Assembly (NCBI GenBank): GCA_965645245.1
Contig: OZ287080.1
Location: 1,116,001 to 1,180,000, forward strand
From: Massalongia carnosa
Taxonomy: Eukaryota
Direction: 5' to 3'
DNA length: 64,000 nt
Part shown: one piece after another, positions 33,882 through 46,207 of the stretch
How positions within the stretch are numbered: position 1 is the first letter of the stretch
How the letters are laid out: each line of letters starts with the position of its first letter
Program-made: the position numbers and the translations under genes
The notes under the pieces: model-generated
Database searches by the model: none
The model's input: the letters and a program-made list of their open reading frames with translations, nothing else
What the model was told of the DNA's origin: nothing

Positions 33882-34895
33882 CTATTTCTTCGTTGGGCAT
33901 GTCTTCTGGCCATGCCCAGCCGCGCCGCACGATTTACATTTGTGCTGTCGGTAGCACGACGGCCAGGTGCAGGTGCCGCTGTTGTACTTGTCGCAGATTT
34001 CCCCCGCTGCCTTCTCGGCCCTATCGGCCCTGTCTCCTCTCGGGGTCGGTCGCCGGGACGGCGGGGATCGTGAGCGGCGACGGCGTAGGACTGTGAGGGG
34101 GGTGCAGAATCGAGCTTGGAATTCGTCGGGCATTTTCCATTGGGATGCGTCGGATGGCTGAGACGCGATGATGTGAGTGTGGGTTTCGATGGCGAGGGGG
34201 AGGACTGCTTCCTGCCACTCGTACACCTTGGCCAGCGTGAGGATTTTTCCGTGGAATGCCGACATGGTGGCGTGAAGCTGTTGACTCGATTTCCCGAAAA
34301 GACTGACCATGATCGAGGTGTAGTTGATGAAGCTCTCGGTCCAGACGTCATGAACTGTCTTTCCGAAATCTTTGTAGGTCCCGGATGCCTTTCTCAACCT
34401 CAAGGCGCCGTCTTCGATGCCGATGCGGTCCTGATCCTTGTAGGACTCGTATTGCATGCCGTGCATGTGTCGGAGGCGGGAGAGGTTGATGGCTTTGAAT
34501 TTATTTGAAAAGATCTTGATGATCTCGTCCTGTGGTAGGCCCGCGAAACGGGGTGCTATACTTCTTACTTCGAGAGGGATCTCACCTAGGTCCTCGTCGT
34601 CATCGCCGACGACACGACTCGGCTTGCCAGCAGGAATGACGGCCGCTATTCGGGCGTCAGATTCTCGGCGCATGCAGTCGATTTCTAGCTGCATTTTTTC
34701 CACCTCCTTCTCGGCGACCAATGCCTTGGACTCGGCAATTCTGGCCTCAGCCTCGGCCGCCTTCGCTTCTGCCTCGGCTTTCTTCTTTTGTAGGGCGAAG
34801 ATTTGATTGGACTGGGCCTGCGTCAATCCGACAATCTCCTGGGAGTCGGGGACTATGTCGTCCATCGGGGTGCTTTGGGAACGGGTGTTCGTCAT
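33882..34895 (-). CDS. Gag-like ORF1 of the Ngaro element
   Basis: Coiled-coil N-terminus, C-terminal Cys/His finger (CDKYN...CYRQHKCKSCGAAGH..C), position upstream of RT. Confidence 0.8.
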   Translation of the reverse strand: MTNTRSQSTPMDDIVPDSQEIVGLTQAQSNQIFALQKKKAEAEAKAAEAEARIAESKALVAEKEVEKMQLEIDCMRRESDARIAAVIPAGKPSRVVGDDDEDLGEIPLEVRSIAPRFAGLPQDEIIKIFSNKFKAINLSRLRHMHGMQYESYKDQDRIGIEDGALRLRKASGTYKDFGKTVHDVWTESFINYTSIMVSLFGKSSQQLHATMSAFHGKILTLAKVYEWQEAVLPLAIETHTHIIASQPSDASQWKMPDEFQARFCTPLTVLRRRRSRSPPSRRPTPRGDRADRAEKAAGEICDKYNSGTCTWPSCYRQHKCKSCGAAGHGQKTCPTKK

Positions 34896-35189
34896 TGGGA
34901 AAAAGCACCGACAGCGAGGTAGGGGCACCGAGGACAACGTGAGGTCGACGACGAGTCAGTGAGATGGGAAAAGCAGCAAGCACTGACAGCGAGGTAGGGG
35001 CACCGAGACAACGTGGGGTCGACGACGAGTCAGTGAGATGGATGAGGCCGAGTGAGAAGAAGTGGATGAGGAAAGAATTTTCAGAGGGTGATTCTTAATT
35101 TACTTTGACTCAGGGGCCTCACGTGACATAGAACCATCTCATTATGATGAAGAACCCAACAAACTTGTTTCGATGTACTTCAGTTAAGA

Positions 35190-36726
35190 ATGACTCGTTC
35201 AACACTTATAAGAAGCCCTGCGGTTGACACGTCCAAGTCTCCCATTGAAAATGTCCTTGAACTGACGCCCCTTTCTGACCTTGGTCCTGTATGCTCTTTG
35301 ATTTGCCTATTCAGTATATTTTCTAGCTAACACCTTACTTGGAGGATATATTCACCAATACACGGTCAGCCCCTTTTCAGTCGTAACAACATATTTTGTT
35401 CCCCTAACCTGATGGACTCAGAGAGCTTTGGCACCCTCCAGGCGCTCGTGGCATCTATGGCGGAGCCGTTATCGCCCAATCCCTCGCTGCGGCCCAGAAA
35501 ACAATTCCTCTACCCTCGACCTCCACTGGCAATGCCACATTTCTTATTCACAGTATGCACTGCTACTTCGTACTGGCAGGGGACTCTACGATCCCCATCA
35601 TATACTACGTGGAGCGGGTACGTGAGGGGAGGAGCTTCATGACGAGGACAGTACAGGCGCGGCAGAAGGGTAAATGTATATTTACCACTACCTGCAGTTT
35701 CGTGAGAGAAGGAAGCGGGGGTGAAAAAGTCCTCGAGCATGAATGGGGGATGCCAGAAGGTGCTCGTGAAGAGCTGGAAGCTTTGCTAGCAAAGACGACT
35801 CTGAGCTCAGATCGAGAGAATCCAGTGATGGGAATACAGGCATCAGGACCGTTTATGATGGAAAGCGGGGGGATAATTAACAGTATGTCTGCATCCTTCT
35901 CTCTGCTCAGTCAAAGAAATCAGCATCGTATCCTAACCCTGTTCAACAAATCTGCCAGAACTTTCTCCAAATCCTCACTGTAAAAAGACTCGCCAATGGG
36001 GCCGAGCCCGTGGTAAAATCTCTTCCGCTGGTGGTCGAGATGCTCATCTTAGTGCGCTGGCCTATATGTCCGATAGCTGGTTTGTCGGTACCATACCTCG
36101 CGTGCACGATCTATGGCCGTTTCCACAAGTTCCTTCTCGAGCACCGTTCTCTGATAAACCTGTACCATTGGCTCGACCTTCCTCCTCATCTAGCAACCCT
36201 AGTCCTCCAAGCGTCCCCACTTCTAACCTTGCTGCGCCAGAAAGCACCAAAGGTATCCCCTCCTCCCTCCCCAGCAAACCAGTACTTGGAATGATTCTGT
36301 CTCTCGATCATATTATCTATTTTCACCGCCCGCGAGAGATTGTCGCTGATGACTGGGTTCTCTCGGAGAAGGAGAGCCCGTGGTCAGGCGAAGGGAGAGG
36401 GCTCGTGATGCAGAAGATTTGGAGCCGGGAGGGGCAATTGCTGGCAAGTTGTTTCCAGGAGGTGAGCTTGTTTTCCTTTTTGTGCAACTCACACAAGATC
36501 GTTCTCCAACTGCTACGTTATCCATATTTTTATATGACTTATGAGTGGAACTGTGTATGTTGAAAAAACAAGAAGGGCGCAAGACAGATTGAAGGCATTG
36601 TCGGTAGAGGCCAGCTCGCGCCGAAAACTAATCCGAAGCTGACCTGAACTTGATATTCTTTAGGGCTTAGTGAGATTAAAAAAAGATGCTATTGACTTAG
36701 AAGTTATAGGAAAGAGTAAATTGTGA
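35190..36726 (+). CDS. TES1: Peroxisomal acyl-CoA thioesterase II (TesB/ACOT8 family), multi-exon
   Basis: ARGIYGG, HSMHCYF, VREGRSFMTR, AYMSD, SLDHIIYFH, QEGLVR motifs; C-terminal SKL peroxisomal signal. Confidence 0.9.
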
Positions 36727-37326
36727 TTTGCAACTGCGCTTATATGTTCCTACCTTCGAATACGCGTTAAGGTTTACCTTTCAAATTTTTTTTTTTGGTT
36801 TATCCCGATACATACGAGCTTGGAGATGTTTTTAAGCGTCGAAAATCTAAGAGCCACGCGGTGGCCCCTTCCACATTCTAACTATTGATAAAATCGTTGA
36901 CAGAACGTAATGTGCGGGACAGACGAGAAATGTTAGAACCTCCTACATCTTCTTCTCCGGTTTCATTTCCCCTTGCTATAGCTTTTACATCAGTTCTTCT
37001 TAACTACCTATTCTTTACTACTTCTTCCGCTACCTGGTCAAGTCTCCGTCCATAAACTCGACTACCCTATCCATATCCTAGATTCCTACATTCGTTACTC
37101 GATCGCTAGCACACAACTTCCAGTTTTCAGTTATCAGAAGGTATTGAATGAAAACGATTCTGGGCATCCTTTACTAGGAAAGCATCGGCTTGCGTGTTGA
37201 GCCAAAGCAGATTTTTCTCCAAGCGTGACTTTTTGTAATTGCACTTGGTGGGGATTGAGAACTCTACGCGGAGCTCTGGGGGGGGAGGGGTCTGGCTAAG
37301 TTGCGTCCACTTTTGAACTCTTCCAA

Positions 37327-38798
37327 ATGCCTGGGTTTCACGAATTCCCTAGGCAGCAATGCCGCTCGAGATGGCCAATCCCCAGCTTCTCAATCCGCCA
37401 GATCTTGCTCCTGGGCCTCCTCCAGACGACAACTGCATTGCATCATATGAAACGGAACCCGGCCAATTTTCTCCGCCAGCGAGGTGACGACGATAACGAT
37501 ACCCGGCCGCTGAGCATCACAAATCTCTGCAAGGAAACCATCTACCCAGGCATCGCCACGCAATCCGGGGAACCTCCACCGGTTTCGGGCTTCGAGCTCC
37601 AAAGCGGCGAGACGAGCAATTTTTCCGTGGGTGCGGACTGGCAGGGGCGTGTTTGGGGCCGGACGAATTGCAGCTTTAACTACGATGGTACTGGACCGAG
37701 TAATAACGGGGGGTACAATGGTGGAGGACGCGCGTGCGCCACGGGGGATTGCAACGGGATTGTGAACTGCAAAGTTACGGTATGCCTGAAGTGGTCGGCC
37801 CTTAACTATAGATGAAATGTCACTCGAGTACCCAATTAACTGACAATCGAACAAGGGCGAAACCCCGGTCACGTTGGCCGAGTTCACGCTCGCCTCGTCT
37901 AGCGGGCAGACATTTTACGACATCTCCCTGGTGGACGGATATAATCTCCCCATGGGTATTGTTTCCCTATATCCCGAGTCGGGAAACTCTACCCTGACGC
38001 GCATTCCGCCCAACCTCACAAATCCCATCTGTATCGGCACCGCCGCCCTGCTCGCCGCCGAGGGTTCCACGGACGACGCGAACCTAGGCACCAACTCATC
38101 GTTCCCCATCCCGCTCGATCAAAGCCAGTCGTACGCTGACGTACAGCAGTGGTGTCCGTGGGACTTGCAGCTGAACCCGCCTACGGCGCCCTCGGATGGG
38201 ATTTATCCTTACCCAGACGACAATATCCAGCGGCCGTTGTTCAACCCGTGTTACTCCGCTTGCGCTAAGTATAACCATCCACCTGACTGCTGCACGGGGA
38301 AATACGATAGCCCCAACATCTGCAAGCCAAGCATGTATAGCTCCGAGGCGAAAAAAGTTTGTCCGGATGCATATAGCTTTGGTAGGTCTTGAAACCCATT
38401 TTGGCAGACGAGTTCAGGTGCTGACGGCCGTGCAAGCGTTCGACGATCAATCTTCCACCTTCATCATCCCTTCCGGCGGAGGGTTTCAAGTCATCTTTTG
38501 TCCGCCCGGACGCTCATCGACGATCCTCGCCACCATGGCTGCGCAGCTTTATCAACTTGCTGCGACGGGATACGTGACGGCGCAGCTGATTGCCGACTCC
38601 ATGAACGTAACTGTCATCCGACAGACGAGCTTGGGCGTTGGGATCGGTGCGCCGCCGTGGGCGCTTCCGAGCACGATGACGTTTCTGGGAGCATTGGTGG
38701 TGCTTCCGTTGGCGGGCATTGCGGGGGCGGGGCAGGCGGGGCTGATGGAGTTTTGGATTGGAGTGTTGGTGTTGGGGGTTGGTTGGCGCTGGCGCTGA
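37327..38798 (+). CDS. Thaumatin-like protein with hydrophobic C-terminus (3 exons)
   Basis: WQGRVWGRTNC, CATGDC, TLAEFT, FYDISLVDGYNLP, CPDAYS.AFDD thaumatin motifs; introns at 37780-37855 and near 38382-38436. Confidence 0.92.
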
Positions 38799-39355
38799 TG
38801 CCGATGCCGTAGTAGCGTGCGGTTGGTTTTTCTCGTTATCCATGAACTCCACTCGCAACGGACGTGAGTGATTGCTGCAGCAACGCGGTCAATCATGGTA
38901 TGAACGAGGTGGCATGGAGAGACAGAGTGTCCGTGTGTGTGTGTGTGTGGAGTAGGTATTCCAACAAAGCAAGCAAACATGTCACCTATCGCGGCACGAG
39001 ACTTTGTTCAGCCTGTGGGAAAACATAAGTGTCTCGTTCACTGCTCCCTATTCTGTACAAGGTGAAAAACTCAGCTGCAGCAAAAGGTACTTGGTACACA
39101 CTTGCAATGGAGTAGGCGCGTCGTGCAGGACTGAAAATGCCTTGCTCTGGAGGTGCTTTGTACCGAGGTACAGAGTACTCTGTACAGAGCATTTAGTTAT
39201 GGCTGTGCAGGACTGCAGTTGTAGAGTAGCAAGAACCCTCGTGACATTTCAATTTTTTTTTCTCTTTTCGATTTCGCCTTGTCTGGCTGCGGCTCGTTCT
39301 GTCCTGTTCTGTCCTGTCGGTGTGGGTGGGTGGCGTGGCATGCATGCTTGACGAG

Positions 39356-39597
39356 CACGCGAGTGACAAAATTAAATTTACACTGAAACTTTTTCCTCAC
39401 CAAAATCACCGGATTTTCTATCATAAACCGTTGTGTTTTTTAGTTAATTTCATGATTTTTTGAACTTCAATAATTAAATCAATAATCTGCCCTTCGGCCT
39501 TCATCATCAATCACTGCTTGCAAACTTTTAGGCATTAAATCACGATGATTTGGTGGGGGGGAAATTTTGGTGTAAATTTAATTTTGTCACCTGTGTG
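39356..39597. mobile_element. 242-bp MITE with CAC...GTG termini and 5-bp TSD
   Basis: Imperfect ~50-bp TIRs with perfect core GTGACAAAATTAAATTTACAC; ACGAG at 39351-39355 and 39598-39602. Confidence 0.8.
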
Positions 39598-39970
39598 ACG
39601 AGGTACGCTGTACTGGTGTATGTACAGAGTACATAGGTACCGACGCTATGCAAGTATCCTTGATCGATACAGAGTACTTCGTAGAGAGAGCGGATTAGAA
39701 AATCAAGCGGCTGGATTTGGACGGGTGGCGTGCTTGCGGCTCGGTTTTTTTGGGGGGGAGTTGGGGAATGGGGATCTGAAGGGACCTAAACTAACCAATA
39801 ACGAGGTACTCTGTACAGAATCGGTATCTAGATAGATATTCTTTGCAGGATTATTGGAGGGGAGGGGGGTTTGGGGAAGAGGTTTTACTTCTGGTGTTTT
39901 TTTCGATGTTGAGGAATCTGGACTTTTAAATGGTGGCTTTTTAGATGTCACTACGTAGTTGTTTCCGCTC

Positions 39971-40015
<45 letters not shown>
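39971..40015. repeat. (TGA)15 microsatellite
   Basis: Directly visible. Confidence 0.97.
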
Positions 40016-40016
<1 letters not shown>

Positions 40017-41057
40017 GAGATCGAGCTGAAGAACTGATGAGGAAACTTCTCTTTTTCCTTTTCCTTATCGTTCTCCAGCTAACCGGGCGTGCCGGGGTTC
40101 GCGGTGGCGTGAGCATGTGCCGCAAAGGAACCGGCAGTTCCCTAGCTGATTACAACTAGGCTCCTCTCCTCAGGCTCAGCTGTGTGGCACAACGATCCAT
40201 CCACGATCCCGAGTCCTCCTTGTTACCTACGCTTTGTTCTCTGTGATCGCAAACTCAACTGGACTTGACCCGTCGTAACGGATAATCATTGTTCTAAGTA
40301 GCGAGATGCTTTGGACATTCTCTCAAGTCCTGAAGTCCTGAAGTCCTGTAGAGATATCTCATCGTCTAACTGCTCTGTACTCCGTCATAGCTTGAATCGT
40401 CTAATCCTAATCATTCGCCATCGGTTACAAGACTACCCTAGATTACCAACCATTAACCCCGTTAGCCCCGTTGGCCCGTTGTCCCCGTTGTCCCCGTTGC
40501 CCCTGTTGCCGTTTGCAGTTGCATCGACAAGGCATCAAGCGATGAGCCTCGAACAGGCAAGGATTCCATCGAGACTGACTTTCCTCCTTCCCGTACAGAG
40601 CACTCTGTAGTTACTCGGTACACAGGAAGTGTACGGAACTACTCCCGTACCGAGCATCGAGTACAGAGTACAAGTACAAAGGACAAAGGTACTCTTCAAG
40701 TATAGATTACACGATACAGAGTACACGGTACGGAGTACACCGTACAGAGTAACCCTCCCTAGGCTACGCCTTATGCCTTAAACTTACCAGTGAACTTGCC
40801 CACCCCAGCCCCGAGGTCATCCATCGACTTCCTCTCTCCGTCCATTCATTGCTTTCGTCACACTTTATCGTCATCTACTGCATTTTCCTGTCCTTTGCCG
40901 TTCGTCATTGATCGCTCGCAGTTGTCTCGTGCGTACAACGGAAACTAGAATACAACGTTTGCTAGCATTCTGACCTCCGTCCAATCGCAGAGTGTGACGG
41001 ACCCCCCCCCCCCAAAAACTCCGGGTCCGGCGGAGCTGGCATCGCAACAGTGATATC

Positions 41058-42415
41058 ATGGCTCCGTTGCCGAAATGGAGGCCACGACGGACACTGATAG
41101 ATTTGTACAACGAGCGAGATCGAACGAGATGGTATTGGAGAGCTTTGGCGACTTTATCAACCTTCATGATCATGACCGGGTATGCGCTGCCTGTCCATCA
41201 CTGGATCATCACCGGATGAGCCAAGTTAACAGCGTGCGATAGCTTTCTCGTCTTTCCCTCGTCCTTCTCCAACAACACTAACCTCACCATCGACCAAAAC
41301 ATCGCTGGCATCGTGGCGATCATCGTCTTAGCCCTAGGATACACGCTTTCCGTTGCCTTGTGGTTCATTTGCACCAGTTCGCTCTTCCAGCTCGATGCCA
41401 TCTTTCTGTACGCCCCTCCCCACCCAATCGTCCCGCCGTCCAAGCTAACCACTCCCTCCCCCCTTTTCGCAGGCCCTGTCTGTTGACCTGCGTCTTCGGC
41501 CTCTTTAATATCATCTATAATCTCAACATCCACCGATCCAACAACCCGCAATGGACCTCCTCCTCCATCTCCGCCCTCGCTCTCGCCGCCATCTCCACCC
41601 TCATCTACGCCGTGCTGGCCCTCCTCACCTTTCGCAAGATTCACATGGTCCGCGCCCGCGACGCCATGCACCGCCACACCAGCGACAGCGAATCCATCAA
41701 CCTGCTCCCCGAAGACGAGCAGCAACGTCAGCAGCTTCTCCGGCTCCTCCTGCAGCGTGAATCGGGGAAACAAGTCTCCCCCGAAGCGTCACAGGCCACG
41801 TTTCGCATCGACCTCCCCGACAGCCTCCGCCGCTCCGACACCCACCTCTCCACCCCGCAGCACGCCTACGGGTCCCGCTCGCGGGACTCCCTCACCATCC
41901 TCGATCGCAGCCCGACGTTCCCCGCCACGTCCATCCCCGTGCCCAACCCCGCCACCCTGCCACACGACCCGATGCACCACGCGCAACCGCTTGACGCGCC
42001 CCTCAACCCGCACGTCGCGCACATGCCGCGTCACGCGGGCAGCGGCCCCGACCGTGCCGTCCCCAGCATCGTCAACACGCACCACTACCCCAACGAAAAG
42101 GCCGAGGAAGCGTACGGGCTCTCGTCGCCGCATGGCGCGAGGGCGGGGGGACCCTCCAAAGGGCTGTTGCTCGTGGGTGGTGAGCGACATCCGTTGGAGC
42201 GCGAGCGGGTGCAGTATCGGATGGAGACGGAGGAGGAGCAAGAGCGGCGGCGGAGGAGCGCGAGCCGAGAGAACCGGAGGGCGGAGATTGAGATGGGTGG
42301 AGGACGGCAGGCGGGGAGAAAGGCGCGGGCAGAGATCGAAGGGGTGGAGGTGGTGCCGAGGATCGCAAGGGTGGAGACGGATGGGTGGGGGCGAAGAATG
42401 GGCGGAGGGAAGTGA
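41058..42415 (+). CDS. Uncharacterised multi-pass membrane protein (3 exons)
   Basis: MAPLPKWRPRR start; introns with CTAAC/TTAAC branch sites near 41180-41241 and 41408-41472; about four hydrophobic segments then LLPEDEQQRQQLLRLL and a disordered tail. Confidence 0.7.
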
Positions 42416-43796
42416 GGCGAGGGGTGGGACGGAAAATGGAAGAAATCTTGGTATGAAATGGCGTTTTGTATTGGGGGGGGGGTTTTTTTTTTCTTCTGGA
42501 AAAAGGGTTTGATGGTACGATAAGAGAAGGAAAAGAGAGATGCGATACGGCCTGTTCGGTTCGGTGTGGAATATACCGGCCATCTCACTCTCGCCGTTTT
42601 GGATCTCTCGATTCTCTCGCAGGTTTGTTTTACGTTACGGACGAGGTGGGGGAAGAAATTAACCCGATAGCATAATGTAGGTATGTACGTAATCGCTAAT
42701 CTACTTCAATCCAACTCTTTGCCTATCTACTTGTCTACCTACCCGCCTGCCCGCCTGCCCTCCTGGGGGAAACAGAAAGAGGAGGAGGGGGGAGGGAATC
42801 AAAGGTTCGGTGGGGGGAGGGTATTTGCAAGTCCCGTTATCGATTTTTTTTTATAGTTTCCGGTTTTGTGATTATATGCTATGGGTTGGTCTTTTCTGCT
42901 GTGTGGGTATTTCCTTCGGGCCTCTTTTGCTCTATTTATCTATTACAATATTTTTCCCTCTTTTTCTTCTCTCTTGCCATTTTTTTCTGAACAGAACTTC
43001 CCGAAGACATTGTGAGTGATTACACGAGAGATGACGAATGGAGGAAATGGAGGGGTAAAAGCGTATATAGTGGGAAGGAAGAAGGGAAATTTAAAAAAAA
43101 AAAGACGATGAAGAAAGGAGTGAAGAAGTACGTAATCGGTCAAAGGGATAGTTGTAGGGACGGAGTCCTCCCCCCCCCCCCCAAAGAATCGCTCCGCATC
43201 ACACTGTATTCGGATCTACTTGCTTGCTTGCGAACGCATAGACGTGCATGGAAAGAAAAACGGAAGAATGGAAGAACGAAAGGAAGGAAGCTGCCACCTC
43301 TCCTCCATAGTACATACCTGCACTACAATTTCTTTCCGCCCTGGTACTTTTTCCCTTTTTTTAAAACAAAGAAATAAAGAGGGGAGGGGGGGAACTAGAA
43401 AGGGGAAGAAAAAATGATTCAAGTTGTTGTGGAGCGTTCACGTACAATTGGATAGATAGGGTTGGGGGCCGAGGAAGAGATTCGTTAGGACTAGTAGTTA
43501 ATAGCGCTTCATGTGTGGGCGTGAGATTGTCGAATGAGGAATCCGTTCGGCCAGCAAAGGTCTGGTCGCTTCATCGACTTTAGTACATTTGGATTGGTGC
43601 AATGAGTGTCTGGATGAAGAAACATCTAAATATGGTTCAAAGAGGCACAGAGGTAACTACCTGTTAGCGCCCACACACTGAACAAGGCTAAGCGAGAATC
43701 TCAAATCTTTTGATTTCGAGCTACCAACATACGTTTGAAGCACTCTACGACTCATTTTTCCACCGAAATTCGTCAGAGCACCAATATCCCATCACC

Positions 43797-44734
43797 ATGT
43801 CTGACAGTGGTGAAGTTGAGGTTGAGAATCCAAGCGGCTACCAGGTGCTACCCAAGGACGTCACCGAAGAAATCGGCACCATCAAGCTTTTCAATAAATG
43901 GTCCTACGAAGATGTTGAAGTCCGAGATATTTCCTTAACGTGAGCCGCTCTTAACCCCCAAGTCCTTTAATGCGTCAAGAATATTTCCAAAACCAAAGCA
44001 GTCCTGCTTGGTGCCCAGGGGAGTTACTGTGCATTAGAAACTGAGCTACGCAGGAAACTGCTGGGATTTTTTCGCAATACCACCATCTGTATACTCAACT
44101 AATGTAGCTAACAAATCTTCCATCATGGCAGTGATTACATCCAAATCCGCTCCCCAGTCTACATCTCTCATTCTGCTGGCCGCTACGCAGTGAAGCGCTT
44201 CCGCAAAGCCCAATGCCCCATAATTGAGCGCCTCACGAATTCCCTGATGATGAATGGCCGCAACAATGGAAAGAAGCTTATGGCCGTCCGGATTGTCGCC
44301 CACTCGTTTGAAATCGTACGTACCCCCCATAACTTTTCCCGATGATCCTTCTCTATCCTGAAAAGTTTCCCAAAAATTACTCCCAATGTCCCTACTGATA
44401 CCGTTCACCTACCTAGATCCACATAATGACTGACCAAAACCCCATTCAAATCGCCGTCGACGCCATCGTCAACTGCGGCCCGCGAGAAGACTCCACCCGT
44501 ATCGGCAGCGCCGGCACCGTGCGCCGCCAAGCTGTTGACGTCTCACCTTTGCGCCGTGTCAACCAGGCTATCGCGCTGCTCACCATTGGCGCGCGTGAGG
44601 CCGCCTTCCGCAACGTTAAGAGCGTCGCGGAGTGCTTAGCTGAGGAGCTGATTAACGCTGCGAAAGGGAGTAGCAATAGCTATGCAATTAAGAAAAAGGA
44701 TGAGCTGGAGCGGGTGGCGAAGAGTAATCGGTAG
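43797..44734 (+). CDS. RPS5: 40S ribosomal protein S5 (uS7), 3 exons
   Basis: [53 protein letters not shown]. Confidence 0.98.
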
Positions 44735-45295
44735 ACGGTTAGCTGGAGATGGGGGCCCGAAGGGTGGGTTAGAGATGGGAATGGAATTATTAGTGGGTAT
44801 GAAGGATTTTTGAAAGCTCACTGTTGAGATTTCTTGATGCACGTTACAAAGGTTATATGCATGGTCAACGATTCCCTGCAAGCCATCGACGCCCACTCCT
44901 GAGCTGTCGGACAATTTGAACCCATAACCCCCATTCTACAGCATGCCTTGTTCTATTCCTCGCCAGTTTTCCATCCAGCCCCATCCTCTTCCTTGTACAT
45001 TCGCACCCCTCCCTGCCTATTCAGAACATCCTCAAGCTCTACCAGATCACAGCCATCCATATTCCAGAGGCAATCCGTGCGATTCCAACAGAGCCAATGC
45101 TATGAGCCATCCAACCGTTCATCCACAACGAAAGACCGCCGCACTCCTGGCATAAGGCCTCCAAGAAGGGTTTCTGTTCAAAAGAACCCCCCCCCTCACC
45201 TCGTGGGGCGACAATCCCTCTAGTCTCACATATCACCAACTCAATTCTCATCACCCCCACTTTCCACATAATCTTAGCCCCTTTTACCCCCCCAA

Positions 45296-45881
45296 CTACT
45301 CCTGCCCCAAAACCCCTCCCACAGCAGCCCTCACCCCTTCCACCTCCTCCTCTAACCCCTGAAAGCTAACACTGCAACCCACATACGCCGGCCGCCCTGT
45401 TTTCAGCGCCAGGATACGCGCCACGCGCGTGCAGAAATCGATGCTGCCGGACGAGGTGTAGAGCGCGGTTGTGAGAGGGGAGGCGAGGGAAAGGCGCTGT
45501 AGGGAACGGAACGGAATGGGAAGGAGGTGTTAGCCTTTTTGTTTCTTTCTTTTCCGATTTGAGGGGGAGGGGAGGGGGAGGATGAGGACGCGAAGAATCG
45601 GGAATGGGGAGACAAACGTTCGGGATCGCGTACACGAAGGAACCGAGGGGACTGAGCGTTTTCGCGGAAGGCCCAGAGGAAGAGGAAAAACCGCCGGTAG
45701 TGGTTGTGGTGAGGAAGGTGAGGGTGCAGGCCTCCAGGCGAGAGGTTTGGATGTGGAGCGTAGTGTGCGGGGACAGGGGGAGGGGGAGGGAGAGTTCGGT
45801 TGGAGGGGTGGGGTGGATGGTTGCGGTGGCTGTGGTTGTGGTGGTGGTGGTGGTGGTGGAGAGGGGAGGGGAGGTGGGCAT
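45296..45881 (-). CDS. Proteasome assembly chaperone 4 (PAC4/Poc4)-like protein, 2 exons
   Basis: LGSFVYAIP | PLSTALYT...DFCTRVARILALKTGRPAYVGCS...EEEVEG pattern after removing one intron; family assignment from recall. Confidence 0.65.
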
Positions 45882-46207
45882 TGTGGGCGATATGATGTAT
45901 GAGAATAGTTGGGTGGAGGGGGTTCGGTGAATAGGAAATCTGAAAGTTCTTGGCGCGGGTGCCATTCCGGCTAGAGGCTGCAAGGCGGAACCCTGCATTT
46001 CCCTACATCCCCTCTCTCCACCTTACATACGGAGTACTGTACTCCGTACGTGCCTAGATACTCGTACAACATCAGCAAATTTTACCTAAAACCCCCCCCA
46101 CTCCGGATCAAAACACTCAATCTCGCAGATTTTCTGTCCAAGCAACGCCTTCCAATCTCGAATTCTTAAGCGGGGGTAGTTACATAAGCAAACTTGCCTG
46201 TTCCGAG

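Larger units (their letters stand above)
30279..35142 (-). mobile_element. Complete Ngaro-type (DIRS group) tyrosine-recombinase retrotransposon
   Basis: Split direct repeats in A1-ORFs-B1-A2-B2 order on the minus strand: A 34966-35142 = 30633-30809 (177 bp); B 30809-31108 = 30279-30578 (300 bp); gag, RT/RNase H and YR ORFs; no TSD. Confidence 0.93.

Noticed and set aside
39703..40125. Poly-His 140-aa ORF
   Set aside because: Translation artefact of the (TGA)15 microsatellite; no other coding evidence.
41757..42588. Long overlapping and antisense ORFs around the membrane-protein gene
   Set aside because: Expected shadows of GC-rich coding sequence.
44316..44416. Possible C/D snoRNA in RPS5 intron 2 (GATGAT...CTGA)
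   Set aside because: C box imperfect, the last CTGA is the likely branch site, and no terminal stem or recognisable guide was seen.
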